DNA of 64,000 nt from Epithemia pelagica (taxonomy: Eukaryota > Protista > Bacillariophyta): assembly GCA_946965045.2 (NCBI GenBank), contig OX337229.1:2480001-2544000 (forward strand), read 5' to 3'. A program made the position numbers and the translations under genes. The number at the start of each line of letters is the position of its first letter. The stretch's first letter is position 1. Positions 20,963 to 32,249 of the stretch are shown piece by piece. The notes under the pieces were generated by a model. That model saw nothing but the letters and a program-made list of their open reading frames with translations, did no database searches and was not told the DNA's origin.

Positions 20963-21581
20963 CACACAGACGGAGATATGGAGGAGACCATGATTTCAAT
21001 CCTGGCTCAAGACCACCTTGAATTGCATCTTTCCAGTCTGCCCCAACCAAATGTTTACTACACTGTACTGAAGAATGGGAGCAACGGTACTCGTAGTGCA
21101 CGGTGTAAACTGCTTTGATTGTTCATGGAATGGATTGAAACTTGGACATTTTCTCGCCGTTGGACAACAACCACTTGGGTACCAAAGACAAAGTATCGAA
21201 CTGTTCTCTCGAGGGGTTCAGGTCACCAAGTGGTTGAGCCCAGCACTTCAACATGTTGATTTTATTTAGAGTGAGCAAAGGTTGTGGATCAGCTAGTGCT
21301 GGTTCATGGATGGTTCTCAGAGGCCATGGCTCGAAGGCGGCATCTTTAATTCGGTCTCTCAAGGAGTCGCCATGACGGTCATTCGCTTGTGCCATGCTCA
21401 CGTTCTTTGCTGGTCGCACACTGGTTCTGACTTTTTCTGGCGTGAGAGACGAGCAATGGTTCGAAGAACACATATTATGAATAAGAAATTAACATCCCTA
21501 TAATAAAATTATGTGCGATGGTTACACGACTGCTTCATCAGAGAAACTGTTCCTGCATCACGCTCCTGTTTCCACCAAAGT

Positions 21582-23835
21582 TTAAGCATACAAGGCTTCA
21601 ATGGTGCTCTTGTATTTATCCGCGGCAACCGAGCGTTTGAGTTTCAAGGTCGGAGTTAGTTCTCCTCCCTTTTCGGTAAAATCCGTAGGAACAATGGCAT
21701 ATTTGGCAATTCGTTGTGCGCGACTGGTCGCTTTGGAATTGGCCACTTCGACTCCCTTTTCAAAGTATGCTTTCCATTTGGGATCCTTTTCAACTTCTTT
21801 GGTGGAGGTGGCATCACTGTCGGGTACCTCTTCCCGGGCCGCGGGTGCCAAGGTGCTCGTCGCCACGCCCTCTTCGTCAATCACCACCTTGAGGCAAAAC
21901 AAGACGGTCAAGAATTTTCTCTTGTCACCAATCACCATGGCATTGCTCAAGGCTGGCATGGCCGCCTTGAGTTCATCCTCAATCAACACGGGAGGAATGT
22001 TTTCACCACCAGCGGTAATAATGAGTTCCTTGATCCGACCCGTAATGGAAATAAATCCCGAAGATCCGGCAATGCGTGGATCGTCATTGTCGTCCATGGA
22101 AATCACATCCCCGGAATGCAACCATCCCTCCGGATCAATGGTTTCCTTGGTCTTTTCGGGCATTCCCATGTATCCGGCAAAAATATGACGACCTCGGTAG
22201 ACAAGTTCTCCCGTTTCCGGTGCCCGTTGCGTTTCCGTTCCTTGCAAGGGACGACCCACGGATCCCACCATAAAGGCCGTGTAGGTATTAATGGAATGAG
22301 GCCCGGTACATTCCGACTGACCAAACAATTCCATAATGGGTATATCCAAACTCATAAAGTATTTGAGAATCTTGACTTCAATGGGAGCCGCACTGACATA
22401 AAATTGCATACAACGATCCAAACCCAAGGCTTGATGCGCCTTGCTCAACAAGACCTTGGCCGTGTAGTACGACAAGGGCATCATGCGAGTAATCGAGAAG
22501 GATTTGAGAGCATTGAATTCCATACTCTCCCAATAGGCCAAGGCTTCGCCCTTGGCCCAGGTGGACAACATTTTCTTGACTCCCGTCGTGGACTTGGCCA
22601 CCTCTTGCAGTTTTTCTACAAACAAGAACACACGCGAAATGAGATTCTTCCTTTCTCTTCTCCATATACAATCCCCGTCCTCAGGATGATTCTTTCCTTC
22701 CTTCATCTACACACACACACGTACGTACCATAAATCTTTTCCCACACACGAGGAACCCCAAAAAAGACCGTGGGTCGCACCTCCTTGAGCGTCGCACCAA
22801 GCGAACCTTTGAGGGCATCGGGTTGGGCAAAATACACTTGCATTCCGGTCGTAATGGGGGAAAAAATATCCAACATTTGCGCGGCAATATGACTGAGGGG
22901 CAAATAGGAAATCATGATATCGGATTCGGTAAAGCCCCCATAGCGAGAAGCTTGCAAAGAGTTTTCCACTTGCCACGTGATGTTGTCATGAGTAATCATG
23001 ACCGCCTTGGGAGGACCGGTCGTACCACTGGTGTAAATCAAGGAACAGGTATGGCCCGGTTGCGCCGCGGCAATGCGACTCTCCAATGTGGCTTGTTCGA
23101 CGGTCGCACCCAATTTGCAAAATTCCTCAAAGGTGTAGACAGGGACGGAGCATTTCTGTTTGGCGTCCGCCAGAATGGTGGCATGGTCGTCGTGGAGACC
23201 ATAGACAACGAGGGCTTTGAGATTTTTGAGCCGTTTGCTTATGGTATAATACTTTTCCAACTGTTTCAGTCCCTCACAGACGACCACTTTGGCTTGCGAG
23301 TGATTGGAAATGTAAAAACAGGCTTCCGATTCGTTGGTGGCATAAATTCCGGCCGCGACACCACCGGCCGCCATGGCACCCAAACAGGAAAAGAACCATT
23401 CCGGTGAGTTGAATCCCAAAATATTGACCGTATCAAAGGGCTGGAATCCCAAACTCAAGAGCGCCTTTCCAAAGGCATAGACCTGCACTTGATAGTCCTT
23501 CCACGAATACGTCGTCCACGACACGTCGGACGCCTTTTCCGTCTGGAGTCGAAGCATTATACAGACAAAGATTCGGTCAGAGCTTACCCCCCAAAAACAG
23601 AATGGTTCCACAATCCAGTGGTGATGGCACGTACCGACTTGGGTCGCTTTTGATGAAGGGCCGGAGCATTGGGAATGCGTTCGACCGTGGCATTAAAGAC
23701 TTGAAAGACGGTTTCCGTAGGACGAGCCGCCAATCCTTCCTTGCCCATGCGAATGCGCACTTGTTGTTTCACATCCGCCGTCGAAAGAGGCAAGGACGGA
23801 TCGTCCACGGGGAGAGTTTTTGTAGAAGTAGCCAT
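21582..23835 (-). CDS. ACSBG: Long-chain acyl-CoA synthetase, bubblegum family (paralog A, intact); exons 23835-23635, 23542-22729, 22615-21582
   Basis: YTSGTTGPPKAV, SYLPLSHIAAQ, FFGVPRVWEK, FGQSECTG, LHSGD, TGRIKELIITAGGENIPP, ELTPTLKLKR. Both introns are GT-AG and in frame. Confidence 0.93.
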
Positions 23836-25219
23836 GGTTTCCAGACAAGATTCGAAACACTCGTTTTCAACAAGAAAGAAGAAACGATTTTATGACACAG
23901 CTTTGTAGAAAACACGTCGAGCTTTGGATCTCTCTCTCTCTCTGTGCTCAACTGTCGTCGTCGAATTGGATACAAGATACAATCAACAGAGAGATAGACG
24001 CGCAGTCTGTGCAGGAATCAGGAATCTCTCCCCAAACAGAGCGAAAAAAGAAAGATCAAAGATCCAGTCCCGGTCGGACGTAAGGTACTCTTCATTTCTA
24101 TAGTGATATCTTCCTTTCCCACTTCAACTTGTGGAGCCATGTCATCAGTCGCACTTTGCGCGTCGTCCATCCTTTCTTCGATCTTCGATCGTTCTACCGA
24201 GAACGACTCGTCGACCGATCGTCTCACAAAATCCAAAATCATACCATCCTTCTCCATCTCCCCGTGTTCCAAAAGGATCATCATCGGAACAGAAGGAAAA
24301 CCCAAGAACGTTCCTGAGATCATCGCAGAGAGAAGGAGTCCTTGCGTGCGTATTGCGTATGTGCGTGCGTACGAACGTCACGTGGCCTAGTTTGCCCCTT
24401 CTACCTAATAGCAGTAGTCGGTTGGTCCCAGAGCATGGGATCTGGAAACGCGTTCTGGGCACAACTCTTGTGTGTGGCCAAGTCATTGGGCCTTGTTTCA
24501 AATAACCCACGATCCCTATTGGATTGTTGGAGGTCCTGATGGTGGTACTCATGAGTCGTGAAAACCAGTAATGTATGTAACGTAAAACTATGACAACACT
24601 GGAACAAAAAAAGGTTGATGGACACCATCTTTCCAACAACCGAGACCTGTCGAGATTGCCATGGTGTTGTTGTGCGGCCACCACGGCCACTCGTTGTGGC
24701 AGGAGGAGTAGAAGTGGAATACTCTCAAGAGTCCAGCATCTCTGGACGGACCAATTGTGTCGAGTCACCCAACCATCCTGCTGTTGTGGACTCTTTTAAC
24801 CCAACGTGCCGGTAGGACTGGAATCAGGTTGTCACCAATGCCATGGCACTGGGCGAGGTCGTCCAATGGCCCGGCGAAGCTGTGGTCGTGATAGTGGTGT
24901 GATTCACTTGCAGCCAATTCCTGCCACCCATGCTCTCCAAAAGACACATTGAGATTATTGGTTCGTGTGCAGTGGCTCCAGAATTGGCATTCAAGACAAG
25001 GACGAGGAAGCGAGCTGTGGGGGTGTACCATCGGGAGTGGCCCCATTCCGTACTACACAAGGTCATTCTGGGCACTGTCTGTGACTGCGCTACCTTGTAA
25101 GTAGTAGAACACTTCTCTCTAGAGACTGGCAGTTTGCCCAAGTTGGGTGCTCTTTCTACTAAAGAGTTGTTGATATCCTCTTATCATTGTTTCCAAGTCC
25201 CAATCATCATGGGAGTTGT
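22497..25219. repeat. Segmental duplication, copy 1 (copy 2 = 28979-31723)
   Basis: Near-identical sequence at an offset of ~6.5 kb, covering the ACSBG 5' half and the intergenic region. Confidence 0.95.
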
Positions 25220-25417
25220 ATCCCATTATTTGAATCTCAAGATATTTGGTTCCCCCAAAAGTGCGATCCGAAGCCAGGACAGACAGACTGGAGCAACACG
25301 TGTCATCCAAAGATCGTCTTGTTCACATAAAAACCTAAAACATCAGCAGTTGGACAAGTGCCGTTGGAAATGACTCTCTCATGATCCGCGCGTTTTCATT
25401 TCATTCTCATCATCATC

Positions 25418-26818
25418 ATGGTTCTGAAGTCTCGTTTTGTCCTGCTGCTTCTGGTACTAGAAGGGGAGCTTCCGTCCTTGTCCTTGGCATTTTCGGCCTC
25501 GTCATCCTCCTCACGTATGGTTCGATCCATTCATTCACCGGTGTTGGTACAAATGACAACCTCTTCCTTCCAAGATTTGGATCCACAGCAAGAACAAGAA
25601 CCTTTTGCACGACCAACATCAACGACCACCAAGAATCCGACACCGGTATTGCTTTCCGTCTGGAAGGACTTGACACAGTCCATCTCTTCGTCATCCTCTG
25701 TGTCTCTGCCATCGATCATGGCCACTCTCTGTTTGGCCGCTGCACTTTCCTGGACACTCGTGTCGTCTCCGGATCCGGCGTGGGCGATCGTATCGGGAGG
25801 TCGCATGGAAGCTCGCAGCATGAGTCGTCCCGCACCCCGTGCCAGTTCTTATGGTGGTAGTTGTAGTCCAGGATCTTATGGTGGTGGTGGCTATCGGAGT
25901 AATGGTGTGACGATTGCGCCCGTTGTGCCCATTGCCCGGGGACGATCCCAGTCCGATCCAACGCCCATTGTCGCTGGACCGGGATTCACGACGGCCCTCC
26001 AACTGCAGGTACCCTCCTTGTATGATATGATTCTCGGATACTTTGCATTCGCTATGGTCGTCCTTGTTGGATTGTCTGTATATTTTACCGTTCTTTTGGT
26101 GAGGACCTTGATCCCTCCTGTGTTCCATGACGTAAATCGCGCCGTATCCGGAGTTTGGACCTCCTTATCCGGAGCTTCGACGACCTTGGATACCAAGGTG
26201 TCGTCGTCGGCTTTGGGACGCGGTGTCACGGTCGCCCAACTCAATGTCGCCTTGGAAATTCCCAATCGAGACGATGAGAATTCCCTCTTGTCCATTTTGG
26301 ATCGATTGGCCCAAACGGCTCGGACCGATTCTCGTGTGGGCCTTCAAAATTTGACCAGTCAAGTGGCCTTGGAAATCTTGAGACGCAAGGCTTCCATTGT
26401 TTTGGCCCATGCCGAGTCCCAAAAGTTCAAGTCGATCGAACCGGCGCAACGAAACTTTACTGTCCGCGTGGTTCAAGAACGAGCAAAATTTGAACAGGAA
26501 ACGGCGATCAGTCAATACGGTGGTGTCAATTATTCCAGCGAGAGTTCGACCACTTCTTCTTCATCATCGAGTAGTAGTAGTGGCAAGGCGACAGTGGCAG
26601 TGGTGACCTTGGTCATTGCCATTGACGGCGATTGCACGACCTTGCCGGCCATTCGATCCATGGCGAACGTGGAACAAGCCTTGCAACGCATTGCCACGGA
26701 TGCCAAGATTTCGGATTGTTTGCAAAGTGCCGAAATCTTGTGGACCCCTCAAGATCGATCGGAAACCTTGACCCTCCAAGATGTCATTGCGGATTATCCC
26801 AAACTACGGACCGTCTAG
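25418..26818 (+). CDS. DUF1517 (FLAP1-like) protein copy 1, intact, plastid-type leader
   Basis: Signal peptide plus SLA-FSA; Gly/Ser/Arg-rich SGGR..SYGG segment; TM segment; DUF1517 core GLQNLTSQVALEILRR..ERAKFEQET..VVTLVIA..AEILWTPQDRSETLT..YPKL. Confidence 0.88.
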   Translation: MVLKSRFVLLLLVLEGELPSLSLAFSASSSSSRMVRSIHSPVLVQMTTSSFQDLDPQQEQEPFARPTSTTTKNPTPVLLSVWKDLTQSISSSSSVSLPSIMATLCLAAALSWTLVSSPDPAWAIVSGGRMEARSMSRPAPRASSYGGSCSPGSYGGGGYRSNGVTIAPVVPIARGRSQSDPTPIVAGPGFTTALQLQVPSLYDMILGYFAFAMVVLVGLSVYFTVLLVRTLIPPVFHDVNRAVSGVWTSLSGASTTLDTKVSSSALGRGVTVAQLNVALEIPNRDDENSLLSILDRLAQTARTDSRVGLQNLTSQVALEILRRKASIVLAHAESQKFKSIEPAQRNFTVRVVQERAKFEQETAISQYGGVNYSSESSTTSSSSSSSSSGKATVAVVTLVIAIDGDCTTLPAIRSMANVEQALQRIATDAKISDCLQSAEILWTPQDRSETLTLQDVIADYPKLRTV

Positions 26819-27026
26819 AAGACAGACAAACATGTATACAGTGGTATATTGGGGGTGTCCCACATGTTTCGACCAACACAAGAAGTATAAATTGGAAATC
26901 GACAATGAATTGTCATGACTGTGACCTCCTAGAATGCACCAAATTCCTACATCCAGTAATCTTCTTTCTAGGTTCTTTTTGCTCGTCTCCCAGACTAGAA
27001 ATCGCGTTGTTCCACAGTCGGTCGCA

Positions 27027-27257
27027 TCATCTATGAGGCATAATGGTCTCAATAAGGTCCTTGTACTTGTCAGCAGTCACGGAACGCTTGAGTTTCAAGG
27101 TGGGTGTGAGTTCGCCTCCCTTTTCCGTAAACAAGTTGGTTGGTACCAGAGCATATTTGCCAATGCGTTGGGCATGACTGGTGGCCTTGTCATTGGCCAC
27201 CGCCAGGCCCTCTTTCAAATACTCGATCCAGTAGGCATCGTTGGCGGCTTCCTGGGG
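27027..27257 (-). pseudogene. 3' fragment of ACSBG paralog B
   Basis: ANDAYWIEYLKEGL..GKYALVPT..ELTPTLKLKRS matches 50515-50735. Homology stops at ~27257 and there is an indel near the stop codon. Confidence 0.85.
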
Positions 27258-27786
27258 TACACTTTTTCTTGTTACGAGAAAATATCGGTGGGAAGACAAT
27301 GAAATCATCAGGATCACAGTGTTGGAGAGACTTTTTTTTCGGGGGTGCACCAAACCTTTCAAGTCGGCAACATCATCAGGTGCTGGATGAATTTTTTAGG
27401 GTCGCCCTCCGGTCCATCCTTCCCCCTGGTAGTAGAGCTGAACCCAAACAGATGAACAAGACATGATGGCTATTGTTGTTGGTGCAGTTCTTGACGTATC
27501 GTCGGCTTTGTTGTTGTTTTTGTTGTTGCAACATTGAAAGCGCCTGCTGCTGTGGTTGCCGCCCCGGAGTTACTTGTTATTCTTGTTGCTGTTTGATGCT
27601 CAGTTGTTGCTGTTCCGGTGTTGTTGTAAGTGCGACATAAAGCTCCTGATGAAAGACAGACTGGAACAACACGTGTTGTATCGTTCACAAACAAAACTAA
27701 AACATCAGCAGTTGGACAAGTGCCGTTGGAAATCACTTTCTCATTATCCGCGCGTTTTTCATTTCATTCTCATCATCATCATCATC

Positions 27787-28989
27787 ATGGTTCTGAAGTC
27801 TCGCTTTGTCCTGCTGCTTCTGGTACTAGGAGGTGAAGTTCCGTCCTGGTCCTTGGCATTTTCGGCCTCGTCATCCTCCTCACGTCTGGTTCGTTCCATT
27901 CCACCACCGGTGTTGGTTCAAATGGCAACCTCTTCCTTCCAAGATTTGGATCCACAGCAAGAACAAGAACCTTTTGCTCGACCAACATCAACGACCACCA
28001 AGAATCCGACACCGGTATTGCTTTCCGTCTGGAAGGACTGGACACAGTCCCTCTCTTCGCCATCTTCATCATCCTCTGTGTCTCTGCCATCGATCATGGC
28101 CACACTCTGTTTGGCCGCTGCACTTTCCTGGACACTCGTGTCGTCTCCGGATCCGGCGTGGGCGATCGTATCGGGAGGTCGCATGGGTGGATCCTCCTTT
28201 CGATCTTCGGCGTCTCGCAGCATGAGTCGTCCCGTACCCCACGCCAGTTCTTATGGTGCCAGTCGTAGTCGAGGATCTTATGGTGGTGGTGTGTATCGGA
28301 GTAGTGGTGTGACGATTGCGCCCGTTGTGCCCATTGTCCGGGGACGATCCCATTCCGATCCAACGCCCATTGTCGCTGGACCGGGAGTCGCGACGCCCCT
28401 CTCACTGCAGGAACCCTCGGATGATGAGATCATTATCGGAATCTTGGGATTCTATATCTTTTTTGGGATTTGGATCTATGTCCCTCCTGTGCAGCATGCC
28501 GTAAATCGTGCCGTATCCGGAGTTTGGACGTCCCTATCCGGAGTTTGGAAGACTTTGGATATCATGTTGTCGTCATCGGCTTTGGGACGCGGTGTCACGG
28601 TCGCCCAACTCAGTGTCGCCTTGGAAATTCCCAATCAAGACGATGAGAATTCCCTGTTGTCCATTTTGGATCGATTGGCCCAAACGGCTCAGACCGATTC
28701 TAGTGTGGGCCTTCAAAATTTGACCAGTCAAGTGGCCTTGGAACTCTTGAGACGCAAGGCTTCCATTGTTTCGGCCCATGCCGAATCCAAAAAGTTCAAG
28801 TCCATCGAACCGGCGCAACGAAACTTTACTGTCCGCACGGTTCAAGAACGAGTTAATTTTGAACAAGAAACGGCGATCAGTCAATATGGTGGTGTCAATT
28901 ATTCCGGCGCGAGTCTGACCACTTCTTCTTCATCATCGAGTAGTAGTAGTGACAAGGCGACAGTGGCGACAGTTGCAGGAAGGATTTGA
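27787..28989 (+). pseudogene. DUF1517 copy 2, C-terminally truncated by a deletion junction
   Basis: Collinear with copy 1 until KATV, then ends ATVAGRI* on antisense ACSBG sequence. Confidence 0.85.
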
Positions 28990-30339
28990 GAGCATTGAAT
29001 TCCATACTTACCCAATAGGCCAAGGCTTCGCCCTTGGCCCAGGTGGACAACATTTTCTTGACTCCCGTGGTGGACTTGGCCACCTCTTGCAGTTTTTCTA
29101 GTAACGAGAACACAAGCGAAATGAGATTCTTCCTTTTCTCTTCTCCATATACAATCCCCGTCCTCAGGATGATGACCACCGGTCTTTCCTTCCTTCATCT
29201 ACAGAGACACACACACACACTCATACACGTACCATAAATCTTTTCCCACACACGAGGAACCCCAAAAAAGACCGTGGGTCGCACCTCCTTGAGCGTCGCA
29301 CCAAGCGAACCTTTGAGGGCATCGGGTTGGGCAAAATACACTGGCATTCCCGTCGCAATGGGGGAAAATATGTCCAACATTTGCGCGGCAATATGACTGA
29401 GGGGCAAATAGGAAATCATGATATCGGATTCGGTAAAGCCCCCATAGCGAGAAGCTTGCAAAGAGTTTTCCACTTGCCACGTGATGTTGTCATGAGTAAT
29501 CATGACCGCCTTGGGAGGACCGGTCGTACCACTGGTGTAAATCAAGGAACAGGTATGGCCCGGTTGCGCCGCGGCAATGCGACTCTCCAATGTGGCTTGT
29601 TCGACGGTCGCACCCAATTTGCAAAATTCCTCAAAGGTGTAGACAGGGACGGAGCATTTCTGTTTGGCGTCCGCCGGAATGGTGGCATGGTCGTCGTGGA
29701 GACCATAGACAACGAGGGCTTTGAGATTTTTGAGCCGTTTGCTTATGGTATAATACTTTTCCAACTGTTTCAGTCCCTCACAGACGACAACCTTGGCTTG
29801 CGAGTGATTGGAAATGTAAAAACAGGCTTCCGATTTGTTGGTGGCATAAATTCCGGCCGCGACACCACCGGCCGCCATGGCACCCAAACAGGAAAAGAAC
29901 CATTCCGGTGAGTTGAATCCCAAAATATTGACCGTATCAAAGGGCTGGAATCCCAAACTCAAGAGCGCCTTTCCAAAGGCATAGACCTGCACTTGATAGT
30001 CCTTCCACGAATACGTCGTCCACGACACGTCGGACGCCTTTTCCGTCTGGAGTCGAAGCATTATACAGACAAAGATTCGGTCAGAGCTTACCCCCCAAAA
30101 ACAGAATGGTTCCACAATCCAGTGGTGATGGCACGTACCGACTTGGGTCGCTTTTGATGAAGGGCCGGAGCATTGGGAATGCGTTCGACCGTGGCATTAA
30201 AGACTTGAAAGACGGTTTCCGTAGGACGAGCCGCCAATCCTTCCTTGCCCATGCGAATGCGCACTTGTTGTTTCACATCCGCCGTCGAAAGAGGCAAGGA
30301 CGGATCGTCCACGGGGAGAGTTTTTGTAGAAGTAGCCAT
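28979..30339 (-). pseudogene. ACSBG paralog A copy 2, truncated early in exon 3
   Basis: Exons 1-2 are nearly identical to 23835-22729; exon 3 ends at ALKSF where it meets DUF1517 copy 2. Confidence 0.88.
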
Positions 30340-31723
30340 GGTTTCCAGACAAGATTCGACACACTCGTTTTCAACAAGAAAGAAGAAACGATTTTATGAC
30401 ACAGCTTTGTAGAAAACACGTCGAGCTTTGGATCTCTCTCTCTCTCTGTGCTCAACTGTCGTCGTCGAATTGGATACAAGATACAATCAACAGAGAGATA
30501 GACGCGCAGTCTGTGCAGGAATCAGGAATCTCTCCCCAAACAGAGCGAAGAAAGAAAGATCAAAGATCCAGTCCCGGTCGGACGTAAGGTACTCTTCATT
30601 TCTATAGTGATATCTTCCTTTCCCACTTCAACTTGTGGAGCCATGTCATCAGTCGCACTTTGCGCGTCGTCCATCCTTTCTTCGATCTTCGATCGTTCTA
30701 CCGAGAACGACTCGTCGACCGATCGTCTCACAAAATCCAAAATCATACCATCCTTCTCCATCTCCCCGTGTTCCAAAAGGATCATCATCGGAACAGAAGG
30801 AAAACCCAAGAACGTTCCTGAGATCATCGCAGAGAGAAGGAGTCCTTGCGTGCGTATTGCGTATGTGCGTGCGTACGAACGTCACGTGGCCTAGTTTGCC
30901 CCTTCTACCTAATAGCAGTAGTCGGTTGGTCCCAGAGCATGGGATCTGGAAACGCGTTCTGGGCACAACTCTTGTGTGTGGCCAAGTCATTGGACCTTGT
31001 TTCAAATAACCCACGATCCCTATTGGATTGTTGGAGGTCCTGATGGTGGTACTCATGAGTCGTGAAAACCAGTAATGTATGTAACGTAAAACTATGACAA
31101 CACTGGAACAAAAAAAGGTTGATGGACACCATCTTTCCAACAACCGAGACCTGTCGAGATTGCCATGGTGTTGTTGTGCGGCCACCACGGCCACTCGTTG
31201 TGGCAGGAGGAGTAGTAGTGGAATACTCTCAAGAGTCCAGCATCTCTGGACGGACCAATTGTGTCGAGTCACCCAACCATCCTGCTGTTGTGGACTCTTT
31301 TAACCCAACGTGCCGGTAGGACTGGAATCTGGTTGTCACCAATGCCATGGCACTGGGCGAGGTCGTCCAATGGCCCGGCGAAGCTGTGGTCGTGATAGTG
31401 GTGTGATTCACTTGCAGCCAATTCCTGCCACCCATGCTCTCCAAAAGACACATTGAGATTATTGGTTCGTGTGCAGTGGCTCCAGAATTGGCATTCAAGA
31501 CAAGGACGAGGAAGCGAGCTGTGGGGGTGTACCATCGGGAGTGGCCCCATTCCGTACTACACAAGGTCATTCTGGGCACTGTCTGTGACTGCGCTACCTT
31601 GTAAGTAGTAGAACACTTCTCTCTAGAGACTGGCAGTTTGCCCAAGTTGGGTGCTCTTTCTACTAAAGAGTTGTTGATAGCCTCTAATCATTGTTTCCAA
31701 GTCCCAATCACCATGGGAGTTGT

Positions 31724-31744
31724 TCGTCTAAGTTCAGTATGAAC
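31724..31744 (+). other. Left terminus: TIR plus hairpin GTTCA-GTA-TGAAC
   Basis: TCGTCTAAGTTCAGTAT matches the reverse complement of 48634-48650; stem 31732-31736/31740-31744. Confidence 0.8.
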
Positions 31745-32159
31745 GTGATGGGTAGGCCGAAGGCTTTGGGGTCTGGGGTGGAACTTCCCAGAATGACCAG
31801 CTGTTCTGTCAACGGATGCAGAATAGCAGAAGCAGTACAAATGAGAGAAAAGGAGCGTTGTTGAAACCGTTAAATATATGCAGCTACGAATAGTTTAATG
31901 GTGAGTCATGGTATGATTTTGGGGTGCACCGTCAACCGCGTAATCTGTGAGTATGGTATTTCCCAAGCATATCTTTGGTATTAATGTAATACTCCCAACC
32001 ATCTGTTTATGACTGAAACAGGACTTTTACATTGAATGCTTGTTTGGGGCGTTATATTTTCGGTATCGGGCCTGCGTTCTCTCCTGTCACGTTCGTGGAG
32101 AGTGTTCTGTGCCATGCTTCCCATAACCATTCGTCGTCAGGTGGAAGCAGAACGAACAT

Positions 32160-32194
32160 GGGGAGTGGGGAGTGGGGAGTGGGGAGTGGGGAGT
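32160..32194 (+). repeat. (GGGGAGT)5 G-rich tandem repeat
   Basis: Five GGGG tracts separated by AGT. Confidence 0.9.
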
Positions 32195-32249
32195 TCATGC
32201 CTTGAAACTGCTCCCAAACAATCACCAACGTAGAACAGCCACATCAGGG

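Noticed and set aside
24018-25141. Cluster of ORFs repeated at 30522-31645
   Set aside because: Conservation is explained by the recent duplication. There are overlapping frames on both strands and no recognisable domain. An unrecognised gene cannot be excluded.
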